A stretch of 44,220 nucleotides of DNA from Thermodesulfobacteriota bacterium (GTDB lineage Bacteria; Desulfobacterota; GWC2-55-46; S146-70; JAUXIU01), in assembly GCA_046753505.1 (NCBI GenBank), contig JBHHTR010000002.1, positions 1-44,220 of the forward strand, written 5' to 3'. Below the pieces are notes generated by a model. The model had not been told where the DNA came from, made no database searches, and saw nothing but the letters and a program-made list of their open reading frames with translations. The position numbers and the translations under genes were made by a program. This document shows positions 7,580 to 16,239 of this stretch, piece after piece (position 1 is the stretch's first letter; each line of letters opens with the position of its first letter).

Positions 7580-8629
7580 TCAGGGCGCCTTTGTAAATAG
7601 ATTGAGTTCGCCCTTATCCGCCTCATGAGGCCCATCTTCACCCTCTACATCTTGAGAGAGAGGCGATGCCCCGCTTCCCGGCCCCTTGTAGATATACCGC
7701 TCGTAGAGGCGGTGGTAGCTCGTCCAGTTTAACCCGTTATCCCCCTCCTTCGCGATAAAGGTCTGCATCGCCTGTATCTTTGAGTCGAGGTCGTCACAGT
7801 AGTAGAGGATGACCGCCTCGACACACTTTGGCCTCTTGGGAGAGCCGTATTCGAGGTAGCCGTGGTGGCTCAGCAGCATGTGCTTGATGAGGGTAGCCAG
7901 CTCCTTCGGGAAACCGGCGATCTTCTCGATGATCCTGTCTACCATGCCAATCCCGATGGTTATGTGGCCGACGAGCCGCCCCTCATCTGTATAGTCAAAG
8001 CTGCGCTCGTAGGAGAGTTCATATATCTTGCCGATATCGTGGAGGATGGCGCCGGTAACTACGAGGTCGCGGTTGACATCCCGGTAGTTGCTGATAACAC
8101 GGTCGGCCAGAGTGCAGAGGGAGAGAACGTGCTCCAGGAGCCCGCTGAGATAGGCGTGATGCATGGCTTTGGCGGCCGGCGCAATCTTGAAGCGCCTCTT
8201 CACATCGTCATCTGCAAAGAGCAGTTGCAACAGTTGCTGGAGGTGGCGGTCGCCCATTCCACCAATAATCTCCTCCAGCTCCGCAAACATCTCGTCACGG
8301 TCTCTCGGCGCGGCGGGGAGAAAGTCGGCAATATCGACACCACTCTCATCGACCCTCTTTATATCCCCCACATTTATCTGGATAATCGACTGATAGGAGA
8401 CGGCGTACCCTCTTATCTTGACGAAGTCGTTCTTTTCAAACCTCTCGGCAAGGCTCTCCACATTGTCCCACACCCTCCCCTCGACCGTCCCGCTCTTGTC
8501 CATCAGCCTCAGGTTGAGGTACGCCTTACCTGCCCTGCTCTTCCCCGTCTCCTTTTTCGTGACGAGGAATATATCCTCTACCTTCTCCTTCTCTTTTACA
8601 TCAGATAAAAATACCTTCTTCACCATCAT
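7580..8629 (-). CDS. OB-fold + HD-domain phosphohydrolase (YhaM-like 3'-5' exoribonuclease family)
   Basis: The N-terminal OB-fold pattern is LVTKKETGKSRAGKAYLNLRLMDKSGTVEGRVWD. HD-domain motifs are HHAYLSGLLEH and HDIGK. The ATG at 8629 overlaps the upstream gene's TGA (ATGA), and GGAGAGGAG lies just upstream. Confidence 0.8.
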   Translation of the reverse strand: MMVKKVFLSDVKEKEKVEDIFLVTKKETGKSRAGKAYLNLRLMDKSGTVEGRVWDNVESLAERFEKNDFVKIRGYAVSYQSIIQINVGDIKRVDESGVDIADFLPAAPRDRDEMFAELEEIIGGMGDRHLQQLLQLLFADDDVKRRFKIAPAAKAMHHAYLSGLLEHVLSLCTLADRVISNYRDVNRDLVVTGAILHDIGKIYELSYERSFDYTDEGRLVGHITIGIGMVDRIIEKIAGFPKELATLIKHMLLSHHGYLEYGSPKRPKCVEAVILYYCDDLDSKIQAMQTFIAKEGDNGLNWTSYHRLYERYIYKGPGSGASPLSQDVEGEDGPHEADKGELNLFTKAP

Positions 8630-9573
8630 CTCCTCTCCAGAAACCACTTTACATACCGCTCAACCCCATCCTCAATTGCAAACTTCGGGTCGTAGTCGAG
8701 GAGCCTCTTCGCCTTGCTGATATCGGCATAGGTGATGATAACATCGCCCGGTGACGGGGGGTGATATGCTATCTTCGCCTTCATCTTCAGATTCTCCTCA
8801 ATGAGAGAGATGAGGTATTTAAGCTCGATAACCCGCGACTCGCCGAGGTTTATAATTTCGTAGGGGAGAGGGCGATCAATTGCCGCGAGGACACCCTGTA
8901 GGATATCTCCGATATAGGTAAAGTCGCGCCGGGCGCTTCCGTCGCCGAAGACGTTGATCTCACGCCCCTCCGAAATACGCCTCGTAAAGTTGCCCACCGC
9001 CATCTCCGGCCTTCCCCGCTCTCCATAGACGGTAAAGAAACGGAGGCAGGTCGTCGGGATATTATAGAGGTGGGCGTATGAGAAGAGCATCAACTCGTTC
9101 GCCCTTTTTGTCGCGGCGTATGGTGATATGGGGAAATTGATAGGGTCATCTTCCGAGAACGGCACCTTGCTGTTGAGGCCGTAGACCGATGAGGAGGCGG
9201 CAAAGACAAAGTTCTTCACCCCCCGCTCCTTCACCTCTTCCAGAATGTTCAATGTCCCGACACAGTTGACCTCCTCGTAGAGGAGGGGATCGTCCAGAGA
9301 GGGTCTGACCCCAGCCCTGGCCGCAATGTGACAGACACACTCGATAGAGTTCTCCGCGAAGATACGCTTTACGAGGCCCCTCTCTCTGATGTCTCCTTCA
9401 TAGAGGCGGAAAGCCTTGTTGGCTAATGCCCCTTCGAGGTTCTCCCGTTTGATGGCAGGGTCGTAGAAGTCGTTAAAGTTGTCAATGACAACAACGCTGT
9501 CGCCCCGATCGAGGAGTCTGTCCACAAGGTTAGAGCCAATAAACCCAGCGCCGCCTGTTACAAGAATATTCAT
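8626..9573 (-). CDS. NAD-dependent nucleotide-sugar epimerase/dehydratase (SDR family, UDP-glucuronate 4-epimerase-like)
   Basis: 315 aa with the Rossmann motif MNILVTGGAGFIGSNL and a YAATK catalytic motif. The layout is that of an extended SDR. Confidence 0.85.
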   Translation of the reverse strand: MNILVTGGAGFIGSNLVDRLLDRGDSVVVIDNFNDFYDPAIKRENLEGALANKAFRLYEGDIRERGLVKRIFAENSIECVCHIAARAGVRPSLDDPLLYEEVNCVGTLNILEEVKERGVKNFVFAASSSVYGLNSKVPFSEDDPINFPISPYAATKRANELMLFSYAHLYNIPTTCLRFFTVYGERGRPEMAVGNFTRRISEGREINVFGDGSARRDFTYIGDILQGVLAAIDRPLPYEIINLGESRVIELKYLISLIEENLKMKAKIAYHPPSPGDVIITYADISKAKRLLDYDPKFAIEDGVERYVKWFLERR

Positions 9574-9584
9574 ATGGGTGGAAG

Positions 9585-9612
9585 ATTATCACGTTTGAAG
9601 CGTAGCGGTCAA
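9585..9612 (-). promoter_or_regulatory. Sigma-70-type promoter (TTGACC-16 nt-GATAAT) whose -10 box ends 11 nt before the epimerase ATG
   Basis: On the minus strand, TTGACC is at 9612-9607, the spacer is 16 nt and GATAAT is at 9590-9585. The ATG is at 9573. No SD is visible in the 11-nt gap. Confidence 0.4.
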
Positions 9613-9795
9613 GAAACTCTAACCCCATCTCGCCACCTGCTTCTTAACGCCTTTGGGAAGCTCGACCATACCCCACAGCTACCTCGAACATGCCGCACAT
9701 AGAATGTGGAGAGGATTGTCTGGAGCATGGATTGGTCGGGGGTCAACAGGAAGGTGGCCCGAATTGGGCCGCTGGTCTGCATAAAGGGGGGACGG

Positions 9796-9969
9796 CTAAA
9801 AATCTTCAGCAAAGTAGAGTGTATCGTCTTTTCTCTTTCTCAGCTTGAGGGGGCACTCACAATAGATACACATTATCTGCTGGCCCACTACCTCCTCCCC
9901 TGAGAGCGGTATCTCCACGTCACAGAGGGGGCAGGGGAGGTACACACTGGCATTGATTTGATAGGCCAT
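9796..9969 (-). CDS. Small zinc-ribbon protein (57 aa, LysW-like CxxC...CxxC); below the ORF-track length cutoff
   Basis: Manual translation: MAYQINASVYLPCPLCDVEIPLSGEEVVGQQIMCIYCECPLKLRKRKDDTLYFAEDF. AAGGAGA lies about 14 nt upstream of the ATG. Confidence 0.45.
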   Translation of the reverse strand: MAYQINASVYLPCPLCDVEIPLSGEEVVGQQIMCIYCECPLKLRKRKDDTLYFAEDF

Positions 9970-10413
9970 CCTCTTCCGTCTCCTTTACTCTACTACCTCT
10001 CAAATATCACCCCTTCCCCGCTTTTGTCAACTTTTTCTCACCAGGGATGGAGGGATATCCCATTCTATTTTAAACCGAGTGATATCATTAACATTTCATA
10101 ATCTGTCTAAGATCAAGGGATTGTCAGGCGAATAGCCAGTGTGGTTTTGCCCTGAACCTTCGAAAAACCTGCGCCATATTTGTCTCACCGTTCAACCTTC
10201 ACGGCGTCGTAAAAAGTCCGATCTACGTCATCGTAGCATTTTTTCTGGCTTGTTCAACTCTAATACGGTACTCTTTATCATGGCGTATCTGCTTTTTTTG
10301 AGTGGCGTATCATCCACAACTTTTGAGTATATCTCAATCCGTGGTGATCTGTCCCTCAAGAGTATTTAGGAGATGAGGGCATTAATTTTTTCACGACAGG
10401 GAGAGTGGCGCAA

Positions 10414-10737
10414 ATGACGATTGACATTGACAGATTGACGGAGAGTGAGCTAATCGACTTGAATCATCGAATCGTTGAGAGGTTGCGGTTCCTCTCCTCG
10501 ATGCACGCCCATGCTGAAATGATGGAGTTTTCCATTGGTGAGAGGGTAGCCTTCAATCCTGCTGGCCGCGAAGAGCAGAGGGGCGTTCTCGTCAAGTACA
10601 ATAAGAAGACGGTAACCGTTGTCACTGAGGCGGGGCAGCGGTGGAATGTTTCACCCCACCTGTTGCAGAAATTGAAAAATACAAAGCCAGAATCGGGCAA
10701 AAGAGACAATGTGATTGATATTAGGGAACGTAGTTAG
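10414..10737 (+). CDS. Hypothetical protein (about 107 aa)
   Basis: An ORF with GGGAGAG about 10 nt upstream of the ATG at 10414; the track starts at the GTG at 10405. I recognise no family. Confidence 0.4.
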   Translation: MTIDIDRLTESELIDLNHRIVERLRFLSSMHAHAEMMEFSIGERVAFNPAGREEQRGVLVKYNKKTVTVVTEAGQRWNVSPHLLQKLKNTKPESGKRDNVIDIRERS

Positions 10738-10886
10738 CCCGACATGGCCAATTTGTCTGCCCTCTTCTGAAACTCTACCGCCTTCCGGTCGCACCTACAA
10801 CCCTTTGCCGCCTGGCAATCCTCAGCCCTTTCCTAAGCCTATTCAGGTGTCTGGCAGGCGCAGTCCCGCCATAACGGACGAAGCCT

Positions 10887-11933
10887 CTACTGAGCGGAAA
10901 GCTTCCCTTCCCTGAGGAGCCGTCCCTTTAGCTGTCCACACGCCGCCCGTATCTCATCGCCCCTGCTCTCCCTCAAGAATGTGGTGTAGCCGTTATCGAT
11001 GAGTATCTTCTGGAACCGGAGGATTGTCCCCCTCTCCGGTCGGGTGAAGGGGATGTCTGGAAAGGGGTTGAAGGGGATGAGGTTGATCTTGCACGGTATT
11101 TTCCTGATGAGGGCGGCAACTTTTCTGGCGTCATCCTCTCCGTCATTTACCCCCTTGATGAGGATGTACTCAAAGGTGACGACCCTCTTTTTGCCGCTCC
11201 CGTAACGGCGGCAAGCCTCCATGAGTTTCTTCAGGGGGTACTTCCGGTTGATCGGCATGAGGCGGTTCCTGACCTCGTCGGTCGCCCCATTGAGGGATAC
11301 GGCCAGCATGACCTTTGTCTCTCTCCCCAGCCGCTCTATCATTGGGGCAATACCTGCTGTCGATACGGTGATCCTCCTAGGAGCAAAGGCGAGGCCGCTC
11401 TGGTCGGTTGCAATATCAAGAAAACGCTTGACCTCTTCGTAGTTGAGGAGTGGCTCCCCCATCCCCATGAGGACAAGATTGGTAATCGGTTGGTCATCAG
11501 AGAGGAGTTGTTGGGCAGCATGCACCTGGTTGATCATCTCCGAGAGCTTCAGGTTCCTGACGAAGCCTCCCCTCCCTGTCACACAGAAGGCGCACTCGAG
11601 GGGACATCCCGCCTGGGTCGAGATGCAGAGGGTCAACCGCCTCTCCTCTGGGATAATCACCGATTCTATACAGTTGCCGTCATCGAGTTCGAGAAGGAGC
11701 TTTCTCGTACCGTCACCGGACTCCACCGTTTCCGTGACATGGGGGGCGCTTATGGTAAAACGCCCCTTCATCTCCTCCCTGAACCCCTTCGACACATCGG
11801 TCATCTCATCGAATGAGACGGCCCCCCGCCTGTAGATCCACCGATAAAGCTGATGAGCCCTGTACGGTTTTTCATCGATGGTGGCCATCAGTTCGTCGAG
11901 TCCCTCTAGTCCCAGTTCTTTTAGCTCTTCCAT
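10887..11933 (-). CDS. rlmN: Radical SAM 23S rRNA/tRNA adenine-C2 methyltransferase RlmN
   Basis: 348 aa with YRAHQLYRWIY at the N-terminus, the radical SAM cluster motif CPLECAFC and MGMGEPLLN. The overall RlmN/Cfr architecture is present. Confidence 0.9.
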   Translation of the reverse strand: MEELKELGLEGLDELMATIDEKPYRAHQLYRWIYRRGAVSFDEMTDVSKGFREEMKGRFTISAPHVTETVESGDGTRKLLLELDDGNCIESVIIPEERRLTLCISTQAGCPLECAFCVTGRGGFVRNLKLSEMINQVHAAQQLLSDDQPITNLVLMGMGEPLLNYEEVKRFLDIATDQSGLAFAPRRITVSTAGIAPMIERLGRETKVMLAVSLNGATDEVRNRLMPINRKYPLKKLMEACRRYGSGKKRVVTFEYILIKGVNDGEDDARKVAALIRKIPCKINLIPFNPFPDIPFTRPERGTILRFQKILIDNGYTTFLRESRGDEIRAACGQLKGRLLREGKLSAQ

Positions 11934-12049
11934 GGAGATAAGGTATCACACCGCCCTTGCAGGCACAACATGGGAGGGTGGCGGGGGCAGTAACCGGTAT
12001 TCCCGTGGAATATGGCTCAAGCGCTACGGAACGACACAAAATACCTTTA

Positions 12050-12157
12050 TCTCACACAGAGTCACAAAGGACACAAAGTTTCTAATGCCACAACGCATAT
12101 TTCTTTCTCATCCAGTTCACTTCTGCTTTCTCTGCGTCTTGGCGGCTTTGTGTGAAA
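12050..12157. repeat. Cargo-less inverted-repeat module, family 1 (arm X at 12050-12078, arm Y' at 12130-12157)
   Basis: The left arm is tctcacacagagtcacaaaggacacaaag and the right arm is ctctgcgtcttggcggctttgtgtgaaa. They are partly complementary. The arms resemble those flanking the GxxExxY gene at 16240/16657. Confidence 0.65.
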
Positions 12158-12310
12158 TTACGGTTCTTGCCGCAGCGCATGGAAAGATGTCATAAACCGT
12201 AGTCGAACCCTTCAGGGTTCGCATTTTCTACGATGCTAAAGCCCTCAACTACATTGAGGGGCGTAGTAACATCTGTAGCCCTCTTCATGAAACAACACGG
12301 AAAATAGCTG

Positions 12311-12416
12311 CCTCACACAGAGCCGCCAAGGGCGCCAGGTTAGAGAGGAGAGAATAGAGATCCCCGATATATTCAATCCTGCTTCTCTTTGCACCTTTGT
12401 GAGCTTTGTGTGAGAT
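12311..12416. repeat. Cargo-less inverted-repeat module, family 1, inverted relative to 12050..12157 (arm Y at 12311-12339, arm X' at 12385-12416)
   Basis: The left arm cctcacacagagccgccaagggcgccagg resembles the reverse complement of 12130-12157. The reverse complement of the right arm (atctcacacaaagctcacaaaggtgcaaagag) resembles 12049-12078. Confidence 0.65.
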
Positions 12417-12717
12417 ATTGTTTTTACAGCAAGAAGAGCATAGAAAGAGGTGGATTGCCTACTGTCAAGTACGAGGCAGGTCCGGTCAAGGCCGGAGCTA
12501 TAATATCAACTATTTCATTGCCGGCTTAATATGCAACAGGTAATGTCTGATTTAGGAGGTGGGGCGGGGGAGGGAGCCCATCCTCCCCCCGCCCACACGC
12601 TGGTGGATTAGGAGGGTAATCCAGGAACCAGCGGTAGTATGGTTCCCATTATACAGGTTGAAGATTAAAGGGAGATTAAAGCATACTTTATTCTTGATGA
12701 ACGGCTTTGCTCCACCT

Positions 12718-15700
12718 TTACCGACTCGTCTGGACAGGAGTCCGGGTTGGAAGATCGCGGTGGCTTGGGTTGCGCTGTGCGGTACGGTCCGCAGCAATCG
12801 TCTTCCGCCTGTTTGTCTCGACGAGGTCCTCCCGGTAGCGGGTGAGGAAGTAGTGGATCGTTTCAACCCTGATCTTGATGGAGCCTGACGGCTTGTTCTC
12901 GTCGATATCCTTGAAGCAGAAGTAGGGAGTTCCCGACCGCTCTACAATCTCCTGAACGGTGGTGTAGATGGGGGCGTCGTGGCCGCACTTGAAGCTCGAC
13001 AGTTCGAGTGCAACGAGGTTTGGATGGCGGGCGGCGTACTTGGCGGCCCATATCTTCATGTTGCTGTTCTCTGAGAAGGAGTTCTTCCAGACGTCGGAGA
13101 TATCCATACCGCTCTCTATCCTGCCCGCCCTCACCTCTCTGCCGAAAAGCTGGTTGATGATGTCGGGGTCGGTGGGGAGGCTCTCATGGGTGAGGATGGG
13201 ATAGCCGTACTTTTGCAACTCTGTGAGTATTCCGTGATTGACGCCGGGGTCGTTGTGGTACGGTCTGCCCAGAATGACGATGCCGATACGCTCCTCGGCG
13301 GCGAGGCGGTCGATGATCTCTCGCCCCCTCTTCCGCGAGGCCGCGCCGTATGCGTTGAGCGCCCTGTACCCCTCTGCAACTGCCCTCTGGTTCTCCTTCT
13401 GTGAGAGACCGAGGATATCCTTGAACTCGTTAAACATCTGCCGTTCCATCAGCGCCCGTTCGCTCAGATTGACATAACTATTGAGGAAGGTAATCCCCTC
13501 CTCCTTGAAGAGGTCCCCCTCCTTTATGAAGGCGGCCTTTGTCGCCTCCGGGGTCGCGGCAACGGTGGGGCAACTTCTGGAGTTCATGGTATTCTCCAGG
13601 GTCGATGGGATACAGTCGATCATGGGGAAGAAGATGTAGTCGAGTTTCCGCTTCGGGTGTATCTTGTAGAGTAGGTTGTGAACATGTGGTATCCCAAGCT
13701 TTGAGGGGAAACAGGGATCGATTGCCCCACGCTTCGCGCCCTCTTTATAGAGCTTTTCCGATGTATATTCGGAGAAGATGATCTTCTTCGGATCAATGCC
13801 GAGGGACTCGAAGTATGCCCTGAACCACGGCGCCAAGGAGTACATGTTGAGAACCCGGGGGATGCCGATGGTCACATCTCCGCGCTGCTCCATCATCTTG
13901 ATACGCCGCTTTTGACCCTTTGTCAGGGCGTAGCGGGGAAGGGGCTCGGCGACGATATCTGGCTTCTGCGTCTTGAAGACCTCAGCAGAGGCAACTTCGG
14001 AAAGGTTGGGGTTCTCCTTCATGACCGCATCGACGCCCTTCTTGATATGACGCATCGCATCGGCGCTCTCGACTGTCCCCTTTTCACATGCGGCAATAAT
14101 GAGCCTCTTCGCATCGGGTTCGAGGGGTACCTTCGATGCAAATGAGGGCCTCTGCTTTTCCTCCTCTAGTTCTCCCTGACCGCTCTTGATGTCGATGAAG
14201 GTTCTCTGGCAGTTGTTTGTGCAGAAGTAGCAGCGGGTATCCTCGTTTCGGGTAGAGTGGTAGCTGATGGCGGCAACGGCGTCGAAACCGATAAAGCTCG
14301 TCCGACGGCCGTTCTCGTAGAGGCGAATTGCCTCGAGGGCCGTCCCGATGGCCCCGCACTCGCCGGTGTATCGGTGGACCCGGATGTTCGGCTCCCTATC
14401 CTTCCCCTCGAAACGGGACTCGATGTAATCGACCTGGGCCTTCACGGCGGCCAGGTTGTGCTGGGTTCCCCCCTGGAGGACGAAGTTTGTTCCCAGTGTT
14501 GCCAGGTTGGGGATCTGCGCCACGTAGAGCCAGATATTTTTCGGGAGGATGTTGGCAAGACCGGCCATGATCTCCTCCGGTTTCCACCCCTGGCGCTGGA
14601 AATTGACGATATCGGACTGGAGGAAGACGGCGCATCCGTAGCCGAATTGGGGGAAGGAGTCGGCCTTGAAGGCAAGGTCGGAAAACTCTTCCACCGCGTA
14701 ACCGAAGGTCTCCGCCGTTGACTGGAGGAAGTAGCCGTTTCCGGCGGAACACTGGGTGTTAAGCTTGAAGTCAACGACCCGTCCGTTCCGAAGTAGGATC
14801 AGCTTGATGTCCTGCCCCCCAACGTCGCAGATAAGATCGACATCCTTGTAGTAGTGGAGGGCCGACTGGGTGTGGGCGACGGTCTCCACGAGGGCCACAT
14901 CGCCTGAGAGGATATCCTTCAGGATATCCTTGGCGTATCCCGTGGTTCCGACTCCCATAATCTTCAGCGTCGCCCCCTGTGACTCTATCTGGCGGCGCAG
15001 GTCGGCGCAGATATCTACAGTGTCCTCGATAGGGTCACCCTTGGAGAGCTGGTACGACTTGCAGATGACCTCGCCCTCCTTATCCATGAGGACCGCCTTG
15101 GTAGAGGTGGAGCCGCCGTCTATGCCGAGCCACGCCTCAACCACCTCCCCCGCCTTAACGCTGGCCGGTTCGAACTTCTCTATCGTGAAACGTCTCTTGA
15201 AGGCCTCCAACTCCTCCGGCGAACTACTGAGACCGGCTCCGCACCCCAAATTCTTCCTGTGTTTTCCACGTTCGTGTGTGATGTAATTTTCCAGACCGAG
15301 CCACCCGGCGTAGAGGCCGACATTCTCCTCCTCTCTACCGTACTCAACTGCGCCAATGGCGGCAAAGTATTCGGCGTTGTCCGGGACAACAACGAGACTC
15401 TCAGGGAGAACACCTCCCGGGATAGAGACCTTTCGCTCCTCCCACATCTTCGGGATGTGGACCTTCCAGCACTCCTGCATCCCCTTGATGTAGGTATTGG
15501 GACCGCCCAAAAGGAGGACGTGGGGGAGGAGGGTATTGCCTCTGGTGAGGACCGATATGTTCTGCTGTATGATCGCTTCGAAAAGAGAAGCCATCAACTC
15601 TGCTCGCGGCACCCCGAGTTTCTGGAGACCGTTGATATCTGTCTCGGCAAAGACGCCGCACTTGGCGGCGACGGGGTGGAGCTTGTGGCCGAGATATCCC

Positions 15701-16182
15701 ATCCCGGCGAGTTGCTCAGGGGGGATGTTGAGCTTTGCGTTAATCTTGTCGATGACCGCCCCCGTCCCTCCGGCACACTTGTCGTTCATGGTGGGGATCT
15801 TCCGCTTCCGTTTTGTCTCGGTATCCTCCTGGAAGACGATTATCTTTGCGTCCTGACCGCCAAGTTCGATGACCGAACCGCACTCGGGGTAGAGCTTCTC
15901 CACCGCCAGGGAGACGGCGTTGACCTCCTGAACAAAGCGCGCCCCGATCTGGGGCGCAACCCCTCCGCCGCCGGAGCCGGTGATGTAGGCGTAACAGTCG
16001 TCCTGTTTTATATCCAGCTCCCTCTCGATCCTCTGTAGAAATTCGAGGGCCTTCTCCTGCTGCTTGCTCTCGTGACGCTGGTAGTCCTGCCAGAGGATCG
16101 TATCCGACTCACCGTCCACGACTACCGCCTTGACGGTGGTAGAACCGACATCCATGCCTATGTAGTATCTTCGTTTATCCAT
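12718..16182 (-). CDS. Fusion protein: two BcrAD/BadFG (HgdC-like) activase ATPase domains plus a C-terminal dehydratase-activase-related domain
   Basis: 1154 aa with two ASKHA-type phosphate-1 motifs (GMDVGSTTVKAVV and GIDGGSTSTKAVL). The domain order matches CoA-substrate-specific enzyme activase fusion proteins. Confidence 0.8.
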   Translation of the reverse strand: MDKRRYYIGMDVGSTTVKAVVVDGESDTILWQDYQRHESKQQEKALEFLQRIERELDIKQDDCYAYITGSGGGGVAPQIGARFVQEVNAVSLAVEKLYPECGSVIELGGQDAKIIVFQEDTETKRKRKIPTMNDKCAGGTGAVIDKINAKLNIPPEQLAGMGYLGHKLHPVAAKCGVFAETDINGLQKLGVPRAELMASLFEAIIQQNISVLTRGNTLLPHVLLLGGPNTYIKGMQECWKVHIPKMWEERKVSIPGGVLPESLVVVPDNAEYFAAIGAVEYGREEENVGLYAGWLGLENYITHERGKHRKNLGCGAGLSSSPEELEAFKRRFTIEKFEPASVKAGEVVEAWLGIDGGSTSTKAVLMDKEGEVICKSYQLSKGDPIEDTVDICADLRRQIESQGATLKIMGVGTTGYAKDILKDILSGDVALVETVAHTQSALHYYKDVDLICDVGGQDIKLILLRNGRVVDFKLNTQCSAGNGYFLQSTAETFGYAVEEFSDLAFKADSFPQFGYGCAVFLQSDIVNFQRQGWKPEEIMAGLANILPKNIWLYVAQIPNLATLGTNFVLQGGTQHNLAAVKAQVDYIESRFEGKDREPNIRVHRYTGECGAIGTALEAIRLYENGRRTSFIGFDAVAAISYHSTRNEDTRCYFCTNNCQRTFIDIKSGQGELEEEKQRPSFASKVPLEPDAKRLIIAACEKGTVESADAMRHIKKGVDAVMKENPNLSEVASAEVFKTQKPDIVAEPLPRYALTKGQKRRIKMMEQRGDVTIGIPRVLNMYSLAPWFRAYFESLGIDPKKIIFSEYTSEKLYKEGAKRGAIDPCFPSKLGIPHVHNLLYKIHPKRKLDYIFFPMIDCIPSTLENTMNSRSCPTVAATPEATKAAFIKEGDLFKEEGITFLNSYVNLSERALMERQMFNEFKDILGLSQKENQRAVAEGYRALNAYGAASRKRGREIIDRLAAEERIGIVILGRPYHNDPGVNHGILTELQKYGYPILTHESLPTDPDIINQLFGREVRAGRIESGMDISDVWKNSFSENSNMKIWAAKYAARHPNLVALELSSFKCGHDAPIYTTVQEIVERSGTPYFCFKDIDENKPSGSIKIRVETIHYFLTRYREDLVETNRRKTIAADRTAQRNPSHRDLPTRTPVQTSR

Positions 16183-16239
16183 AATCTTATTTGACGTAAG
16201 CTTTCACCGTAGTTGATTTTTCATAAAGTCTTCAGTCTA

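Noticed and set aside
12199-12233. The GGTTCG-containing hairpin cgaaccc-ttca-gggttcg could be a tRNA T-arm or tRNA fragment.
   Set aside because: The loop is only 4 nt rather than the 7-nt T-loop. No acceptor, D or anticodon arms can be drawn around it.
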